Positions 11,206 to 22,511 of a DNA stretch of 64,000 bases are shown here, piece by piece. This stretch comes from Nitrososphaerales archaeon. GTDB taxonomy: Archaea; Thermoproteota; Nitrososphaeria; Nitrososphaerales; UBA213. Each line of letters opens with the position of its first letter. Position 1 is the first letter of the stretch. The notes beneath the pieces were generated by a model that saw nothing but the letters and a program-made list of their open reading frames with translations, was not told where the DNA came from and ran no database searches. The DNA lies in contig CBDAOC010000018.1 of assembly GCA_965197925.1 (NCBI GenBank), forward strand, positions 256,001 to 320,000, written 5' to 3'. The position numbers and the translations under genes were made by a program.

Positions 11206-12082
11206 CAACTTGTCCCAAAACTGATCATTTAGTGAATTAATGACGATCATTAGATCTATTTGCAATTAGTCATTGAACCATCTCATGCAATTTCAAGAAT
11301 TAACAGACAAGCAATGGAGGATGATGCAAAAATACATTCCAAAACCTGCAAGAACAGGCAGACCAAGGAGTAATGACCGTGTCACGATAAATGGAATCAT
11401 GTTTGTTCTAGTTACTGGATGCAGGTGGCGTGAGATGCCAGAAAAGTATGGCTCAAAATCAACTGCACATCGCAGGTTACAGAACTGGCAGCAAAGGAAA
11501 GTATGGAAAAAGATTCTGTCAGGTGCAATAAAATCTGCATACAAATCTGGCAATCTACAACTGCAGAGGATATCAGTTGATTCCTCAACTGTTCCTGCCA
11601 AAAAAGAGGCAATGTGATTGGACATGATGGATTCAAGAGGATTACAGGCACAAAGATACATGTTGCAGTTGATTGTAATTCCCTGCCAGTATCAATAATT
11701 ATTGGTTCTGCAAATGAACATGACTCTACTAGATTAATTGATGTGATGGAAAACATTTCTGACTATCTAGATGATGATTCAATAAAACAAATTACATCAG
11801 TTTATGCAGACAAGGGTTATGATTCTAAGGCAATTAGAGAATATTTGAAAAGCAGAAATATTCTAGATTGTATTTCACACAGAAATTTCAAGACAAAGAA
11901 CAACAAGACAACAAACCAAAACGATTACAGCAAGACACGTTACGTTGTTGAGAGATTCTTTGCGTGGCTCAAGTGTGGATTCCATAGAATGGCAATCAGG
12001 TATGAAAGAAGAGCGGAGAATTATTTTGGGTTGGTTAACATCGCATCAATCATGATGTATTGGAGAGTTTTGGGATAAATTA
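11206..12082 (+). mobile_element. IS5-family element (877 bp; OrfA/OrfB with probable -1 frameshift), apparently intact
   Basis: TIR CAACTTGTCCCAAAACT / AGTTTTGGGATAAATTA, TSD ACA. ORFs 11273-11617 and 11614-12078 overlap at the slippery sequence AAAAAAG. DDE motifs VDSS, ADKGYD, VVERFFAW. Confidence 0.95.
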
Positions 12083-12225
12083 ACAATATTTTTTATTCCT
12101 GAGCGGTTAGCCAATTGATAATCCTGTATTAATAAGTGTGAGGGAGGATTTTAATAGTTGGATAAACTGCATTCTCAAAATAAGTAATAGTATATGTAGC
12201 TTTATCACTCCATTACAACAGAATT

Positions 12226-12927
12226 ATGATACCATATATTGTAAAGGAAATGCTACGCCACTTAGTTTTAAGATTAGTCTTGAGTGCTACCTTCATTGCT
12301 CTAGGGAAGAAAGGATCCCTTCTTCATTATAACGTAGAGTTGATCAAGCAACAGGAGCGTGAAATTCTTGTTAGTGCTGCACTAATTGGTGTTGCTTTTG
12401 GGGCGGTGACAATTTTCCTTGTAGTCATGACAAAAGGCCAGGATAGCATATTGGTAGTGATAGCAGGTATAATGCTTTCAATAGGGTTGAGCCAGCAAGT
12501 AATGTCTTTAGGTTTAGACGTGGTCACTCTAAGTTTGAGTGGATATTTATCTTCATGGACCTCGGTTCTTAATTGTATGGCACGGCAGAAGTCAAAACCT
12601 GAATGGCATTTTATAGAAAATGAAACGAATCAGATTTTTATTAATCCACACGTAATGTATATTTTGCCTTCTGAACTCGATGAGCCGAAGGCACCAATAG
12701 AAAATATAATTAAGTATATAGATGAGCACAGGTGGGAGCTTGAATTCCCTCTTGTTAAGGTATATGGTGATGACCCCAGTCTGCTTTCCTTTGCTCAATA
12801 TGCTACTGAATACATAAGAAGTCGGTTACTAATATCGGATCGACTAGTGAATATCCAGCAGAGAAGCGGTGCTATTAATCCAATTGTGTTTATCGCACTC
12901 GGGACACTGATGTGGTTACTTTCTTAA
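12226..12927 (+). CDS. hypothetical membrane protein
   Basis: 233 aa with several hydrophobic segments; no family recognised. Confidence 0.55.
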   Translation: MIPYIVKEMLRHLVLRLVLSATFIALGKKGSLLHYNVELIKQQEREILVSAALIGVAFGAVTIFLVVMTKGQDSILVVIAGIMLSIGLSQQVMSLGLDVVTLSLSGYLSSWTSVLNCMARQKSKPEWHFIENETNQIFINPHVMYILPSELDEPKAPIENIIKYIDEHRWELEFPLVKVYGDDPSLLSFAQYATEYIRSRLLISDRLVNIQQRSGAINPIVFIALGTLMWLLS

Positions 12928-12937
12928 TCAAATAGCT

Positions 12938-13076
12938 GCCTTGTTGCATAACTATGAAATCCATTATTGAATAACGAAATTATTCTGTTAGTGTGGTGCC
13001 AAATTCTGAATTACAAATTCAATTGTTTAATCATAAGACAAAAAATTGCAGAATTTTTGAGTTGTGCAACAAAGCA
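12938..13076. mobile_element. MITE, copy 2
   Basis: TIR GCCTTGTTGCATAAC / GTTGTGCAACAAAGC, flanking direct repeat CAAATAGCT. Same 139-bp length as copy 1. Confidence 0.87.
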
Positions 13077-13709
13077 CAAATAGCTAATAATGAGACCCAT
13101 ACATTACCAGCTCTTCAGATCATTCTCCAAGAGAAGAGGCGAGTGCCTAATTCATTGCTATGCAAAATCAAGAACTCTCGTAAATAATAATTGAAAAGAA
13201 AATAGAAAGTATCGCTTACATTAGCGGGAAGGAGCATTATTAATTTAGCAAAGTAAGATGAGGTAAATCCTAACCCCAAATTTTATAAAATGCTCATATT
13301 CGGGTCATTTGACTCAATGATTCCATGGTAAATTTATCAAACCCCTACACAACATTTGACATTTCCAACAACAGATTCCTATTTGGATTCCCAGTGCCAC
13401 ACCAAAGGTTAATTGTATCTGAACATTAAATGTTCAACATTTCTTTTGACCTAATCGTTGTTTAAATAATAGTTAACAAAGTGAAGCAAAATTGGTTAGC
13501 GAATACTTTTGAACTGTCGGTGCAAGAATTGCGGGAATAAGAATTATCGAAACGAATTGAAATATTATTAGACGGCTCAAAATATCGCAACTTTTCTCAA
13601 GGAGAATGCGAAGCAAACTAACTATGAATCATCAACAAATTATTAACATTATCGGTAATGATACTAATAATCATGTAAAAATTTTCTATCCCATATTAAA
13701 GATACAAGA

Positions 13710-13859
13710 TGGTGGGGCCGGCCGGAATTGAACCGGCGACCTACGGGTCACTGCAGCTCCAGAACATACATCATCCTTTCGTCAGATGACCCATTTATGT
13801 CTAGCTTCTGGAGCCCTTAGCGGTACTACTGTCGCCCTGCCATGCTAGGCTACGACCCC
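13710..13859 (-). tRNA. tRNA-Trp(CCA) with two introns (28/29 at 13817-13830; 37/38 at 13749-13807); CCA end encoded
   Basis: Removing both introns gives the anticodon arm ACGGG-CTCCAGA-CCCGT. Intron 1 forms the BHB GGCG AC^A...CGCT AA^G. Confidence 0.92.
13749..13807 (-). ncRNA. box C/D-type guide within the tRNA-Trp 37/38 intron
   Basis: ATGGGTCAT-CTGA-CGAAAGG-ATGATG. The guide pairs with GTGACCCGT across the 3' splice junction, and the N+5 rule places the target at C39. Confidence 0.7.
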
Positions 13860-14360
13860 ACGCCACGGCCAAACATCTTTTCTCCATGCTAGTCGCAGCA
13901 TTTACGATGACTATCTATCTTCGATATTAATCTTAGTTTATACTCAATTTATTAGAACAACAAAGCAATTTATTTAACAATTCGAAGGTAGAACAAATTG
14001 ATAAACATATTTCTACATAGTAACTAAGTTTGGTAAGGGCATTAATACTGTCCAGAATGGTAATGTTTCCTCCGGTAGATATCCAAATATCCCTTGCCTC
14101 AATCTTGATAATGAACTATCTGCCTGTTCTGGCAAGGAACAAATTCCTAGAGAATAACTTTCACATAACCAGTGATAACATTTGGGCAGGTCTGGTTCTT
14201 ATCTAGTCAATAAACAATTTAGAAAACAAAATGGTCTGTAATGAAAACCAAGGTCCCATAATTAAAGATTATTTTCACATTTGCCTCTTTGCAGACATGT
14301 ATTTCGAAAGGTGGGCCGAGGATTAGTTTTATCAAGCTACAAGTTAATTCCCTAAATAAA

Positions 14361-16335
14361 TGAGGCTTGGGCGTAATTTAGTTCGAAACGATAAGATCAG
14401 GTTTCTAGTTTTTATTGTTGATATGTTTAGCTCAGACTCGATACTTCTTCGTATATTATTTTTGATTGACGTGATTCCTTAGTCAAAACCTAATAGGAAA
14501 AGGGATAGACCATTCTACTATTCTCCTACAGTTATGGTGAGATGCTTCATCGTTAGAGTATGGATAAGAATACCAAGCAACAATGCTTTGTATGAATACT
14601 TTTCGATAGATATGCCATACAACAGGAAGGTAATGAAGGCATGTGGTCTTGATAGGTTGCCAGATAAAAGAACATTCGACAGAAGGTCAAGGCCATATCA
14701 ATTGACATACAACTCATCTCAAAACTAACCATTTAGACAATTTTTAGCGACCATTTAGATCTATGAATAGCGACATCTAAAATTATTTTATGAAATTCCA
14801 AGAATTATCAGACAAACAGTGGAGTATGATGGAATCACACATACCACCACATGCAAAAACTGGCAGGCCTAGGGATGATGATAGAAAAATCATTAACGGA
14901 ATAATCCATGTTCTAACTACTGGATGCCGATGGGACGATATGCCAAAAAGATATGGTGATGATTCTACTGCAAACAGAAGGTTAAACAAATGGCAACAAA
15001 AAGGAATCTGGAAAAAGATTCTATCACGTACTATTCACTCAGCACATAAATCTGGCAAAATTAATCTACAAAAAATATCAGTTGACTCTTCATCCATTCC
15101 TGATAAAAAAGGGGCAATGTAACTGGATATAATGGATTCAAGAGAATAACAGGTACAAAAATACATGCCGCAGTAGAGAGTAACGGATTTCCAATATCCA
15201 TACTGTTGAGTCCAGCAAATGAACATGACAGTACAAAATGCATGGATGTTACAGGATCAATTTCAGACTATCTTGATGATGATTCAATACAACAGATAGA
15301 ATCAGTTTATGCAGACAAAATGATGCAAAATACATCAGAATGTATTTGTGGGATAGAAATATTGCATGTTGCATCCCATACAAAATAAATCCCAAGTTCA
15401 TCTTGCAAAATAATGATTGCAAACATTACAGCAAGACAAGATTTGTAGTTGAGAGATTCCTTGCATGGCTCAAGAATGGATTTCACAGAACAAGAACCAG
15501 GTATGAAAGAACGGCAGAAAACTACCTGGCATTTGTTAATCTCGCATCATTTTTGATGTATTGTAGGGTTTTGAGATGAGTTGATAAGATCAAGGATAGA
15601 TGTTATGGGTATGCTCTTCATAAAAGATGGGTTGGTAGACCCAGCCATAGTATCCGTTGACAGTTCATTGTTGAAAGCAAAGGGACATGTATGGCATAGA
15701 TCAAACATGAAAAATGAAGTGCCACGCTCCGGTATAGATACAGATGCTCGATGGGGATTCAGCAGAACCAAGGGATGGGTATTCGGATACAAGATGCATC
15801 TAGCATGTAGTACTGGTTCGTTGATAGTTCCATTATCAGCTGATTTCACAACAGCTAACATTACTGATAACAAGATGTATGAAAGCATAACATCTTCATT
15901 GCCTACAGGAATGGTAAGGTATGTTGTAGGAGATGAAGGATATGATGATCACAAGTTATGTGATTTCAGCAGGTATAGAGGATTCCTGCTTGTATTCCCA
16001 TTGGAAAGGTATAGGCATACTACAGATAATAATAGACTGGCATTGCTGCAGTTCTATCAATCGGAATTTGGACAGCATGTATATTCTCGGAGGAGCATAA
16101 GCGTTGAGCCATTGATAGAGCATATGAAGGATGTATTTACCATAGATCCATTGCCAGTTAGAGGGTTCGATAAAGCTAGGAGTATCGTTCTGATTTCTAT
16201 ATTGCTATACCAGCTGATAGTATACTACAACTACTTGACAGGACGACCATTAAGGGCATTGAAGCACATGTTGGGAAGTTAATCAATCAGAGGCATCAAG
16301 TTATTTTTGTTATATGGAATAATGCCCATGCCTCA
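14361..16335 (+). mobile_element. 'GAGGC-TIR' IS element interrupted by a nested IS5
   Basis: TIR TGAGGCTTGGGCGTAATT / AATAATGCCCATGCCTCA. Transposase pieces at 14534-14709 and 15584-16282. Confidence 0.92.
14710..15583 (+). mobile_element. nested IS5-family element (relative of 11206-12082); OrfB frameshifted
   Basis: TIR CAACTCATCTCAAAAC / GTTTTGAGATGAGTTG. TSD ATA inside host sequence GACATAAGATC. Confidence 0.93.
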
Positions 16336-16372
16336 TATATTTAACCTAGAAGAACAAAAACATCAACAGTTA

Positions 16373-17392
16373 CTAAGTTATACCTACTAAACTTGCCAAT
16401 TCTTTTCTTGCCGCAGCGCCCAATACTTCAGCAGAATTCTCAGGGCTCATATGGTTCAAATAGATTCCGAAACCACGTTCAAGCCCAGACCAATTTGACA
16501 GTTGGGGGTACACTTCTAAATGCCAGTGAAGCTGTCTACTATTCTTCTTTTCCGGTGACAGATGAAACACCAAATTGTAAGAAATATCTTTCATCGCTTT
16601 AGACAACCCTCCAAGTGTTGCCCGTAGTATTAACGCAAAATCATTTATCTCCTTCTGGGTTATCCTCGAAAACAATGTTATATGCCTCTTAGGGCAAATC
16701 CAGAATTCATGTGGATGTGTCGGTGCCCACGGGCATAACGAAAGAAAGCTATCTGTAGCAAGTACTTGTCTAGGACCACCTGATTCAACGTTAATTACAT
16801 CACAAATTGGACACACACCCTTTTCATTTATGTATCTATGTGTAGCTTCTGCCTCTTGTTCTATCAATGGTGGTATAGTAGCGAATGTAACTATATCTAG
16901 ATGCGGATGTTCAAGATTTGAACCAGCATTCTCGCCATAGTTCAAATATATGGAAACATAAGTTACACTCTTCTGCGTATAAAGCCATCTTACTCTATCT
17001 TGAATTACAACCAGTACGTTTGCCAATTGTTCAACAGGAATATCCGATAGTTTCTGCTCATGTTCTGGAGATGCAACCACAATAAAATGATATCCATAAG
17101 CTGGTTCACTGTACAACGGCTTATCTCCATAAACCTTTTCTTGGGAAGTATTTACCACTGGTTCGTTACTTGGGAATACGCGTACACACCAATCTTCCAC
17201 ATAATTTTCCTCACTGTCAGCAAGTCTTTGTAGCATACCATCCTTTTGCACAAGTGCGAGGATGGCTGGCAATGTCATCCCCTCATTTCCAGGACAGTAT
17301 GGACATTTTCCATTGTTGGTATCATTATCTCTATGATTGTTCGGAATTATAACAAATCTATCGAGTAAATAATCCTTCCTTAGTTCTGCCAT
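16373..17392 (-). CDS. galT: galactose-1-phosphate uridylyltransferase-like (GalT family)
   Basis: Motifs ELRKDYL, CPYCPGNE, AGSNLEHPH, HWHLEVYP. Confidence 0.85.
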   Translation of the reverse strand: MAELRKDYLLDRFVIIPNNHRDNDTNNGKCPYCPGNEGMTLPAILALVQKDGMLQRLADSEENYVEDWCVRVFPSNEPVVNTSQEKVYGDKPLYSEPAYGYHFIVVASPEHEQKLSDIPVEQLANVLVVIQDRVRWLYTQKSVTYVSIYLNYGENAGSNLEHPHLDIVTFATIPPLIEQEAEATHRYINEKGVCPICDVINVESGGPRQVLATDSFLSLCPWAPTHPHEFWICPKRHITLFSRITQKEINDFALILRATLGGLSKAMKDISYNLVFHLSPEKKNSRQLHWHLEVYPQLSNWSGLERGFGIYLNHMSPENSAEVLGAAARKELASLVGIT

Positions 17393-17591
17393 CCCACATA
17401 TTCCTCCGTCTCTTGAAATTTAAGAGTATCCTTTTCCAAGTTACAATCAGAACATTTACACTTACAATCTTTTGAGTACAATATAAATCCCAATTAGAAT
17501 TGTATCGTTTTGTAACTTCATAATTTTCTCTGGATAAAGAAATTTACACTACTCAATATTGTTATAAAGCTGAGCATACCAAAGGCGGTTT

Positions 17592-18854
17592 ATGGTAAAA
17601 CTCATTTACATACTTTTGGATGGAGTTGGAGACTTTCCAAATTCCTCACTAAATGATTTAACCCCGCTTGAAGCTGCCTACACTCCAAACATGGATTTTC
17701 TTGCAAGAAACGGGGTGATGGGTAGGGTTTACAGTGTTGGGAAAGGAATAGCACCAGAATCTGATATAGCAGTTTTCAACATGCTAGGATACAGATTCGG
17801 GCACAAAGAATATGTTGGAAGAGGTGTTATAGAAGCTATAGGATCAGATTTAGATTTAAGAGAGGGCGATCTTACATTTCGTGGAAATTTCGCAACTATT
17901 GATAATAAATTGAATATAATAGATAGGAGAGCAGGGAAGGATATTGAAAAAGATGAAGCAGAAATGATCTCGAAAGCTATTACCGAGAGTGTAAAACTGT
18001 CGGCTGGTACATTTGTGTTGAAACCTACATTGGCCCATAGGGTTGTGTTGAGTATAAGACCAGAAAAGGGTAAATTATCTGCGGAGATATCCAATACAGA
18101 CCCTACTTATATGCGGTTAAGGGGTATGGGAGTTGCTAGACCTGTTGGGAAGAAAATTAAATTATTAAAATGTAGATCTTTGAATAGGATGAAATCTTCA
18201 AAGCTTTCAGCCAAACTTGTCAATGAATTCTCGAGAAAATCTACTAAGGTTATGATGGAGAATCAAGTCAATAGGAATAGAAAAAATGCTGGGAAGATGG
18301 AGATTAACTGTATACTTTTGAGAGATGCAGGAAACAGGATGCCAATACTTCAACCTATAAGCAATGCATACGGTATCAATTTTGCATGCATTGTTGATAT
18401 GCCCGTGGAAAAAGGGATAGCAAAGATAGCAGGAATGCAGATATTAGATGCCGGACGTATAACTGATTTCGAAAAGAAGGCTGATGTTCTTTCTAAATGT
18501 TTGGATGATAAAGATGCCGTCTATGTACACATTAAAGGTCCAGATGAATTTGGTCATGATGGTAATGCTGAAGGCAAGAAGAAAAGTATAGAAGAAATTG
18601 ATCGGAGGCTTTTCGGCCCCATACTTGATCTAATAGATATTGAAAAAACGGCCGTAGCTATATCAGGCGATCATTCAACTCCATGCACGAAGAAGGGGCA
18701 TAGCGACGATCCCGTTCCATTGCTTATTTCTGGAACAATGGTTAAGCGTGATAACACAGCGAGGTTTGCAGAAAGTCATGCTGTAAAGGGCTCTCTTGGA
18801 ATTATGCAAGGATATGAAGTATTAAGCAAAATCATTAATCTTATCAAATCTTAA
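17592..18854 (+). CDS. apgM: 2,3-bisphosphoglycerate-independent phosphoglycerate mutase (archaeal type)
   Basis: Motifs LLDGVGD, TPLEAA, PESD, DEFGHDG, GDHSTP, HSDDPVP. Confidence 0.93.
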   Translation: MVKLIYILLDGVGDFPNSSLNDLTPLEAAYTPNMDFLARNGVMGRVYSVGKGIAPESDIAVFNMLGYRFGHKEYVGRGVIEAIGSDLDLREGDLTFRGNFATIDNKLNIIDRRAGKDIEKDEAEMISKAITESVKLSAGTFVLKPTLAHRVVLSIRPEKGKLSAEISNTDPTYMRLRGMGVARPVGKKIKLLKCRSLNRMKSSKLSAKLVNEFSRKSTKVMMENQVNRNRKNAGKMEINCILLRDAGNRMPILQPISNAYGINFACIVDMPVEKGIAKIAGMQILDAGRITDFEKKADVLSKCLDDKDAVYVHIKGPDEFGHDGNAEGKKKSIEEIDRRLFGPILDLIDIEKTAVAISGDHSTPCTKKGHSDDPVPLLISGTMVKRDNTARFAESHAVKGSLGIMQGYEVLSKIINLIKS

Positions 18855-19401
18855 AATATTCAATATTTTTCGTATTCATGATAATTAGTAACATCTGCTT
18901 AAACCTACTCATATCTATTCCAAAATATATTCCACTAGTACTATCCAATTTTTCTATTGCTCTACCAAGAATTGATATACTTATATTATCTTCATCTTTC
19001 TGGCTGTGCACAAAGGCTGCGCATGTAAGTATAATACCTTGTAACAAATATTTTTCGTTACCATGTTCCAACCTCCAAACACCTTCAAGAACTTCATGAC
19101 ATTCCCAATATCGTTCGTCATTGAAGAGAGACTTGGCATATTCAATAGCCTTCTCTTTTTCCATTGGCTTATCAATTATCTTTTTCTTATTTGCAATTGA
19201 AGATATCCTCGACAATTTTAATAATAAATTTTCTAGTTTTTCATCTGAAATTGAAATATCGAATTCAATATATTTACTGGAAATACGTGAATCTCTTATA
19301 ATTATATTATCATCTGCAAGATTTCTAGCCCTGAATAGCAATTCCCGGGCATTCTTTACATTGTATCCATTGTTTTGTAGGTGTATTATGTAGCGGGTCA
19401 T
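18844..19401 (-). CDS. DUF309-domain protein
   Basis: LFNDERYWECHEVLEGVW...LQGII motif. Confidence 0.85.
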   Translation of the reverse strand: MTRYIIHLQNNGYNVKNARELLFRARNLADDNIIIRDSRISSKYIEFDISISDEKLENLLLKLSRISSIANKKKIIDKPMEKEKAIEYAKSLFNDERYWECHEVLEGVWRLEHGNEKYLLQGIILTCAAFVHSQKDEDNISISILGRAIEKLDSTSGIYFGIDMSRFKQMLLIIMNTKNIEYFKI

Positions 19402-19485
19402 TTAAGCTAAAAATTACTTCATTATTATAAATGAATTATTGTGCCACGCTAGGTTTATATGAGTTTCAAAGGGCAGTAATCCCAC

Positions 19486-19935
19486 TTGAACGAAATAGTA
19501 ATGTTGGAAGATAAAATCAATGGACTTTTGAAACGGCGTGAGGTAAATTGTACATTTAAGGGTTATGCGGGTAAGTTAACGAGGAAGGAAGCCGTGGAAA
19601 AGGTTGTCAAAGAACTCAAGTTAGACAATAAATTTGTCATACCGGTGAGTCTTATGTGTAATACGGGTATCAACGATATTAAATGCACCTTTTATGTTTA
19701 TGATGAGGAAACCTTGGCGAGGATACATCTTCCGAAACACCTTTTCAAGAGAATGCTTACGAAAGAAGAGAGCAAGGAGAAAAATGTGGAAAAAGATAGA
19801 GGGAAAGTTCCTGACAGTCCTCCAAAGGAAGTGAATGAACTTGTAGTTACAGGAGGAAAGAATGAGGATGCCAAAATTGAAGAACTGAGTAAAGAAGTTG
19901 GAGAGAAAGATAAACCTGAAGAGGAGGTTAAATAA
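19486..19935 (+). CDS. rps24e: 30S ribosomal protein S24e with charged C-terminal extension
   Basis: NGLLKRREV and YVYDEE motifs; directly upstream of rps27ae. Confidence 0.85.
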   Translation: MNEIVMLEDKINGLLKRREVNCTFKGYAGKLTRKEAVEKVVKELKLDNKFVIPVSLMCNTGINDIKCTFYVYDEETLARIHLPKHLFKRMLTKEESKEKNVEKDRGKVPDSPPKEVNELVVTGGKNEDAKIEELSKEVGEKDKPEEEVK

Positions 19936-19937
19936 TA

Positions 19938-20114
19938 GTGGGAAAGAAGGGACAGAACACAAGCGTATGGAAGTATTACAAAGTTCAGGATGAGCAGGTA
20001 AAAAAATTGAAGAAAGAATGCTCTAGATGCGGTAAAGGAGTATTCATGGGGGAACATAAGGATAGGGTGACTTGTGGTAAATGCGGCTATACAGAATTCA
20101 AGAGTAAGCCTTGA
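19938..20114 (+). CDS. rps27ae: 30S ribosomal protein S27ae (58 aa; missing from the ORF track)
   Basis: GTG start; [16 protein letters not shown]...[28 protein letters not shown] with a C4 zinc ribbon. Confidence 0.95.
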   Translation: MGKKGQNTSVWKYYKVQDEQVKKLKKECSRCGKGVFMGEHKDRVTCGKCGYTEFKSKP

Positions 20115-21744
20115 TACAAGTTTTTATTTCGTCTCTAACAGCAGATATTATTCCTAATACTAGTGTCGGATAGAACAGTGATATGTATTTTTTATCTAAC
20201 GCCTTCTTCATTATTGATACATATTCTATCTGTAAATATCCATCGAGAAATGCCTTAACTACCTTTCGGGCTCCTTTTTCATTCGAAGTAAATTTCATCG
20301 AGTAATATATGAAGCATGCAATATCCCACGCTTGATCATCATTATATCCAAACTGCTCTAGATCTGTAAAATAAAATCTATTGTGACTAAGCAGTATGTT
20401 GCTTGCTTTTGTGTCCATCAAGGTGTATCCCCTAGTATGTATCAGCTGGAGTAACCGTCCCCATTGTGCTATAGGTTCAGTATCCTCAGATTTGTTTAAT
20501 AACACTAATTCTATTATTTCGCTCAATTTCGTGCCCTCTATATATCTAGTTATCAGCAATTTTTTGTGGGGTACACTTGCAACAATATCTGGAGTGTTAA
20601 AACCTATGCTTTTCAAATATCCTATGGTACTATACTCTCTAAGCATCCTTGTTGTAGGATCTGTGTCAAACTTCTTTACACCTAAGGCCCAAACATTTAT
20701 TGCAGCCCATTTCATCGCCTTTATGCTCGCGAATTGCTTCATAACTAGTCTTTCTGATCTCTCATTTTCACTTATCGTATAGAGTGTAGTAGCTGCGTGT
20801 AGATCTCCTAGTTTTTTTCGACTTACAGAATATTCTCTAAAGTTCAAGGCAGCTGCTAACTCTTTCATCCATCGATCTCCTTCAATACGTATTCCTACCT
20901 CCAGTTTAAGTAACGAACCTGGTCTTTCCAATTCTTTAGGAAAATTCTTAATATTTTTCCGTCTTTTTAGTTTAGATCTAGCTTCCTGCTTAACGAAATT
21001 GAGGGTTCTCCTTCCTGCGTATGTATGTATTAGCCAAGAAAACACGCCTCTCATAGCACTTGAAATTTTAATAGATGCTTTATCTGAAGATCTGAATTTT
21101 ATTCTTCCCTCTAAGATTCTGACATATCCGTTATCCAGTTGCACATATCCTTCTTTTTCAAGATCCTGTAATGCCAACTCAAAACCTTTCACGCTCTTTT
21201 CCAGATTTTTCCTACCATGATCTTCTGAATAGGTTTTTGCATAACTGTACAATGCATGAGGAAAAATTCTTCCTCTCTTTTGCAATTTAGAATAGAGGAA
21301 ATAATTTATAGGGATCAGGAGATGTGGGTAAAGAGAATCCGTAACTGAAAGTTCCCTCAACTCCTCCAATATAACTCGTTTCTTATATGTCCTTTCTATA
21401 TCTGCAAGGTAGTTTGCATTTGTCAAGGATTCATATGGGTGTAAGAGTCTTCCAACAACAAATTCTCCTAATAAGGCCTTTTCTGCATCTTTAATGAGTG
21501 ATCTGCTGTCAACAATTAAAATGGAAACATCTAATTCATTTTTTTCATACATATATTTTATGGTATGACTATATTTTTTTAGAATTAGTAAAAGATCGTA
21601 ATCGCTATCCGCCCTTGCATACCCTGCAACTTTAGACCCATAGGCACAACACGCTTCAATGTCATGATTGTCAGCAAGTTTCACCATGATCTTATGTAGA
21701 TTATCCTTTGTATCACTATCAAGAATCTGTTTGTCATTCAACAT
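20098..21744 (-). CDS. fusion of a Pol-beta-type nucleotidyltransferase domain and a Bud32/RIO-like kinase domain
   Basis: N-terminal [19 protein letters not shown]-terminal [26 protein letters not shown]. Confidence 0.75.
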   Translation of the reverse strand: MLNDKQILDSDTKDNLHKIMVKLADNHDIEACCAYGSKVAGYARADSDYDLLLILKKYSHTIKYMYEKNELDVSILIVDSRSLIKDAEKALLGEFVVGRLLHPYESLTNANYLADIERTYKKRVILEELRELSVTDSLYPHLLIPINYFLYSKLQKRGRIFPHALYSYAKTYSEDHGRKNLEKSVKGFELALQDLEKEGYVQLDNGYVRILEGRIKFRSSDKASIKISSAMRGVFSWLIHTYAGRRTLNFVKQEARSKLKRRKNIKNFPKELERPGSLLKLEVGIRIEGDRWMKELAAALNFREYSVSRKKLGDLHAATTLYTISENERSERLVMKQFASIKAMKWAAINVWALGVKKFDTDPTTRMLREYSTIGYLKSIGFNTPDIVASVPHKKLLITRYIEGTKLSEIIELVLLNKSEDTEPIAQWGRLLQLIHTRGYTLMDTKASNILLSHNRFYFTDLEQFGYNDDQAWDIACFIYYSMKFTSNEKGARKVVKAFLDGYLQIEYVSIMKKALDKKYISLFYPTLVLGIISAVRDEIKTCIKAYS

Positions 21745-21752
21745 TACCGCAA

Positions 21753-22511
21753 TTACCTCTTCCTGGGATATTTTTGAGAGCTCATCTCATTAATTTTCTT
21801 CCTGAGATTTTGGTCTATTTGAGTATTCAGCATTGCATTCATAGGTATTCTAATTGTATTTTCATCCATACTAATCCTGCATGCAGGCATACCTTTCTCC
21901 AACCACATTTTGATACATTTATTTTCAAGTTTAGGATCGTGAAAACCTTCAGGAAATTTTTTCGTAATTAATTGAAGTAACGATCTATCTCTAAACACAG
22001 TTTTAGGTTCAATAATTTTTGTTGAATCAATATATGAGCTTTCAAAAAATGTGCCTGATATTTCATCAGATATCATATCCATCTTGACCATTCTCACCAT
22101 TAGTTCTAAATAGTGAAGGAATTCATGTGCTAAAACAGCATGAATAGTACCCTTCATACCATATGCTATGAGTGGGGCAGTGAGCTGTATAAGGACATTA
22201 ACCTTATTATCTAAACTTACGACAGGAATAGTTCTAGCGAATAAAACCCCAACCTCATTTATCTCTAACGGAGAAACAGATAGCACAATGCTGGGTTCAA
22301 CATAGTATGATGGATAACTAATGCCAGAGGTTTTTGCAACTCTTTTAACACCTTCCTGTACGAACTTGAACCTATCTTGAATCTTCTTGTAAATACTTTG
22401 AGGGATCAGATTTGCAAGTTTGGCATCGTCAATCTTTCTAAGCGGATCCACTTTATCAATTTCCAACCGGCGATACAAAAGTGTTTGGTTATCAATCAAC
22501 AAATTCAACAT
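21753..22511 (-). CDS. hypothetical protein with HExxH zincin-like motif
   Basis: VLAHEFLHYLE. The real start may lie a little downstream of the ORF-track start. Confidence 0.7.
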   Translation of the reverse strand: MLNLLIDNQTLLYRRLEIDKVDPLRKIDDAKLANLIPQSIYKKIQDRFKFVQEGVKRVAKTSGISYPSYYVEPSIVLSVSPLEINEVGVLFARTIPVVSLDNKVNVLIQLTAPLIAYGMKGTIHAVLAHEFLHYLELMVRMVKMDMISDEISGTFFESSYIDSTKIIEPKTVFRDRSLLQLITKKFPEGFHDPKLENKCIKMWLEKGMPACRISMDENTIRIPMNAMLNTQIDQNLRKKINEMSSQKYPRKR

